Assembly: GCA_965637545.1 (NCBI GenBank)
Contig: OZ281500.1
Span: forward strand, 17,484,001 to 17,548,000
Origin: Phallusia mammillata
Lineage: Eukaryota
Direction of reading: 5' to 3'
DNA: 64,000 nucleotides
Shown: piece by piece, positions 61,901 to 64,000 of the stretch
How the letters are laid out: the number at the start of each line of letters is the position of its first letter
Position numbering within the stretch: the stretch's first letter is position 1
Notes under the pieces: model-generated
The model's input: the letters and a program-made list of their open reading frames with translations, nothing else
Databases searched by the model: none
What the model was told of the DNA's origin: nothing
Made by a program: the position numbers and the translations under genes

Positions 61901-64000
61901 CAAACATTTTAAACTATAGATTGCTAATTACAACATGTACTTCAGTCTCCATATATTTTTCCAATCCTATGTATTTATAACGTATTTATATTTTTATAGA
62001 TTCATGCACTGTCAGCAAGTTTCAAGGCAAGTGTATCAGAGCAATGTACTGAAGGTGTTGAGGTGTGCAGAAGAGCCTGTGGAGGACATGGTTATTCACA
62101 GGTACTGAACAATAAGATCGGCAACACTGTTTTTGGTATCTGTACAACTTACATTTGTATACAGGCAAGTGGACTGCCACATCTTTTAAGTAAAGTGACA
62201 CCAACTTGTACATATGAAGGAGAAAACACTGTTCTGTATCTACAAACTGCAAGGTACCTGTAGATTTTATTGACAAAGCCAAAGCCCAAAACTTTAGCAA
62301 TGGATTTGGGAAAATAAAAGCATTTAAGCTGGTAAAACTTGTTTTTGTAGATATTTGGTAAAATGTGCCAAAGAAAAAGCAGCAGACCTGCCTGAATCAA
62401 TTTTATTTCTTGTCCAACCTATTCAAAATGCAAGAGGCAACATTACATCACTGGACAACCTTGCACTTTACTTCAAAAACAGGTAGAAAACACTACTTTT
62501 CAATTTGGGACACCTTGGTACAAAAACAGAAATCATAATTTTTTTTCAGGGCGGCCTTGTGTGTTCAAGCTGCATCCAAAAAAGTAAACCAGATGTCAAA
62601 CAAAGGACTTGCAATGCACGAGGCTTGGGACAAAAGTTCTGTACAACTTGTGCATGCTACAAAGGTACATATTTTGTTGAATTGTTTGGTGATAAAGCCA
62701 ATATTTTGTTCAGTGTTATGAGTTATTGACAAAAACCATACCACAACAATTACACTAAAACAATCATGTGGTAAGAAATAACATCACATAGCATAAAAAG
62801 GTTTGAACCACAAACAGGCAATCAATAGAGCTAAGCAACGTACAAATATGGTCATATTGAGCCAAGTATACTATGTAATATTCTTTCAACATTTTTGTAG
62901 GCATATGTGATACAATACATATTTGATGCATTTGCTTCATTTGTAAAAGAAGTAAAGTGCTCCAAATCTGTCAAAGAGATTCTAGAGGATTTGTGTTGTT
63001 TGTATGGCTTACATTACATCAATAACTGCAGTGGTGACTTTCTCAAGGTAAAAATATAAAAAATGTAGCAGAACCACTGAAACATTTGATGTATATTGCT
63101 TTTGACACTGCAAAAATGAGGTATTTCAAACTTGTAAAAATCATTTTTATTTTTGAGTAACTTAGAAATTTTAAAAATGGAAATAAATTAATTTCTTTCA
63201 TTTTGACATTTTTTAAATATTTTTCAGCTTGGTATACTAACTGCCCACCACTGCAATATTGCAGAAGAGGCAGAAATTGCATTGTTGGAAAAACTGCGAC
63301 CAAATGCAGTTGGAATAGTGGATGCATTTGATTTTACTGATTCTTCTATGGAGTCCTGCCTTGGTGCTTATGATGGAAATGTGTATGAGAGATTATTTGA
63401 CATGGCAAAGTTGTCTCCACTCAATAAAGAACCGGTAGGACCAGCAATTCATTTAATTACTTAACTCAGTGGTTCTCAACCAGGGAGGAATTCCTCCCTA
63501 GGGAGGAATTTTATGAGTTTAGGGGAGGAATTTCATAAAAAAAAACTGTAAAAAACATTACATCGGAAATCTTGCAGAATATTTTTGAAAATACATTATT
63601 ATGTCCATTATATTTTGGACCCGGTTGTAAAAGATTCTGAAATGGACGTCCCTAATTATAAGGTCTATTGTAAAATGCTACAATTTTTTATGTTATATCT
63701 GTTTTCGTCTTATGGGGAGGAATGAATAGTTCGAAAATGGGCAAAGGGAGGAATGTAACAAAAAAGGTTGGGAACCACTGACTTAACTGTTTTTGGGTTG
63801 AATTTTTTGCTTTTAGTAGTTATTTATTTTGTTTTTAGGTAGATTTTTTTTTTAATTTTAACAAAAAAATCTACCTATGTGAAAACATTTTTTTGGTTTT
63901 ATTTTAAACAATACAATCGAATTTAACAAAACAAATATGTTGTTTTAGGTTCACCAGGCAAGTTACAAGTATCTGAGACCTTACTTATTAGAAGGAAGAG
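55927..64000 (+). CDS. ACOX1: Peroxisomal acyl-CoA oxidase 1-like, copy B (tandem paralog; last exon cut by the window edge)
   Basis: Exons 55927-56044, 56189-56354, 56574-56728, 56949-57056, 57627-57746, 57904-58019, 58398-58570, 61615-61777, 62000-62101, 62165-62253, 62351-62482, 62550-62664, 62901-63047, 63228-63434 and 63949->64000. Intron positions and phases match copy A, no stops or frameshifts were seen, and TYEGENTV is intact. Confidence 0.93.
57130..57582. mobile_element. hAT (Charlie/Buster-like) MITE, 453 bp (ACOX-B intron 4)
   Basis: TIRs CAGTGTTTCCCAACCT / AGGTTGGGAACCACTG (15/16), perfect TSD CCATAAAG, and subterminal GGGTCGC repeats. Confidence 0.93.
58783..60401 (+). mobile_element. 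Helentron/DINE-like non-autonomous element carrying a tandem array (ACOX-B intron 7)
   Basis: 5' subTIR ATGGGTCCCC (58786-58795) overlaps a perfect 9-bp hairpin GTCCCCTTC-CAT-GAAGGGGAC. A T/C-rich tract and 3 x 157-bp repeats follow, then the 3' subTIR GGGGACCCAT (60275-60284), the hairpin GTTTTTGT-TT-ACAAAAAC (60287-60304), and an end near TTCTAGTT. No TSD. Confidence 0.65.
58876..59346. repeat. Tandem array, 3 x 157 bp
   Basis: Units start at 58876, 59033 and 59190 (GATTTGTTCCCACGTTTTGGTCAA...GATGGTCCATGTGAATTTTGACCCCG...CACCCACAG...). A short partial fourth unit follows. Confidence 0.95.
60894..61561 (+). mobile_element. Deleted hAT (Charlie/SPIN/Buster-like) transposon, 668 bp
   Basis: Left TIR CAGGGGTGGCCAAACTG, subterminal TGCGGCTC repeats at both ends, and a perfect TSD CACTATAC (60886-60893, 61562-61569). 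The right TIR is reduced to the terminal CTG. Confidence 0.85.
61217..61393 (+). pseudogene. hAT transposase N-terminal BED-type zinc-finger remnant
   Basis: With two frameshifts it reads [57 protein letters not shown], the F-x3-W...PLCLIC...NLKRHY-x3-H pattern of Charlie/SPIN/GTF2IRD2-type transposases. Confidence 0.8.
63467..63780. mobile_element. hAT (Charlie/Buster-like) MITE, 314 bp (ACOX-B intron 14)
   Basis: TIRs CAGTGGTTCTCAACC / GGTTGGGAACCACTG (14/15), perfect TSD ACTTAACT, and subterminal GGAGGAAT repeats. Confidence 0.93.

Overview
AT-rich animal genomic DNA with many short GT-AG introns (55-80 nt), most likely from an ascidian (tunicate). The proteins are chordate-like, and the window contains an exact copy of the 16-nt Ciona-type spliced leader. 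Five protein-coding genes were reconstructed exon by exon with consistent reading frames: TMCO4 (minus strand, runs off the left edge), MOB2 (minus, with a ~25.5 kb first coding intron holding several alternative first-exon candidates), a PDE10A-like GAF-GAF phosphodiesterase (minus, 12 exons, 851 aa), and two tandem peroxisomal acyl-CoA oxidase (ACOX1-like) genes (plus; copy A complete, 667 aa, ending in SKL; copy B cut off at the right edge). Introns and intergenic DNA carry at least eight hAT-type insertions with 8-bp target-site duplications (TSDs), a TA-flanked Tc1/mariner-type MITE family, and two copies of a Helentron/DINE-like element, one holding a 157-bp tandem array. There are also three copies of a SINE whose head looks like an unspliced, intron-containing tRNA-Leu-like gene, and a possible solo LTR. 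The best leads are the spliced-leader relic in a MOB2 intron, the pre-tRNA-like SINE family, the MOB2 alternative N-termini, and a cluster of perfect CRE palindromes. Most ORF-track entries are chance ORFs or exon fragments. All coordinates and counts were derived by hand, and comparisons with human or Ciona sequences are from memory and need database confirmation. I see no evidence of a wholly new multi-gene system.
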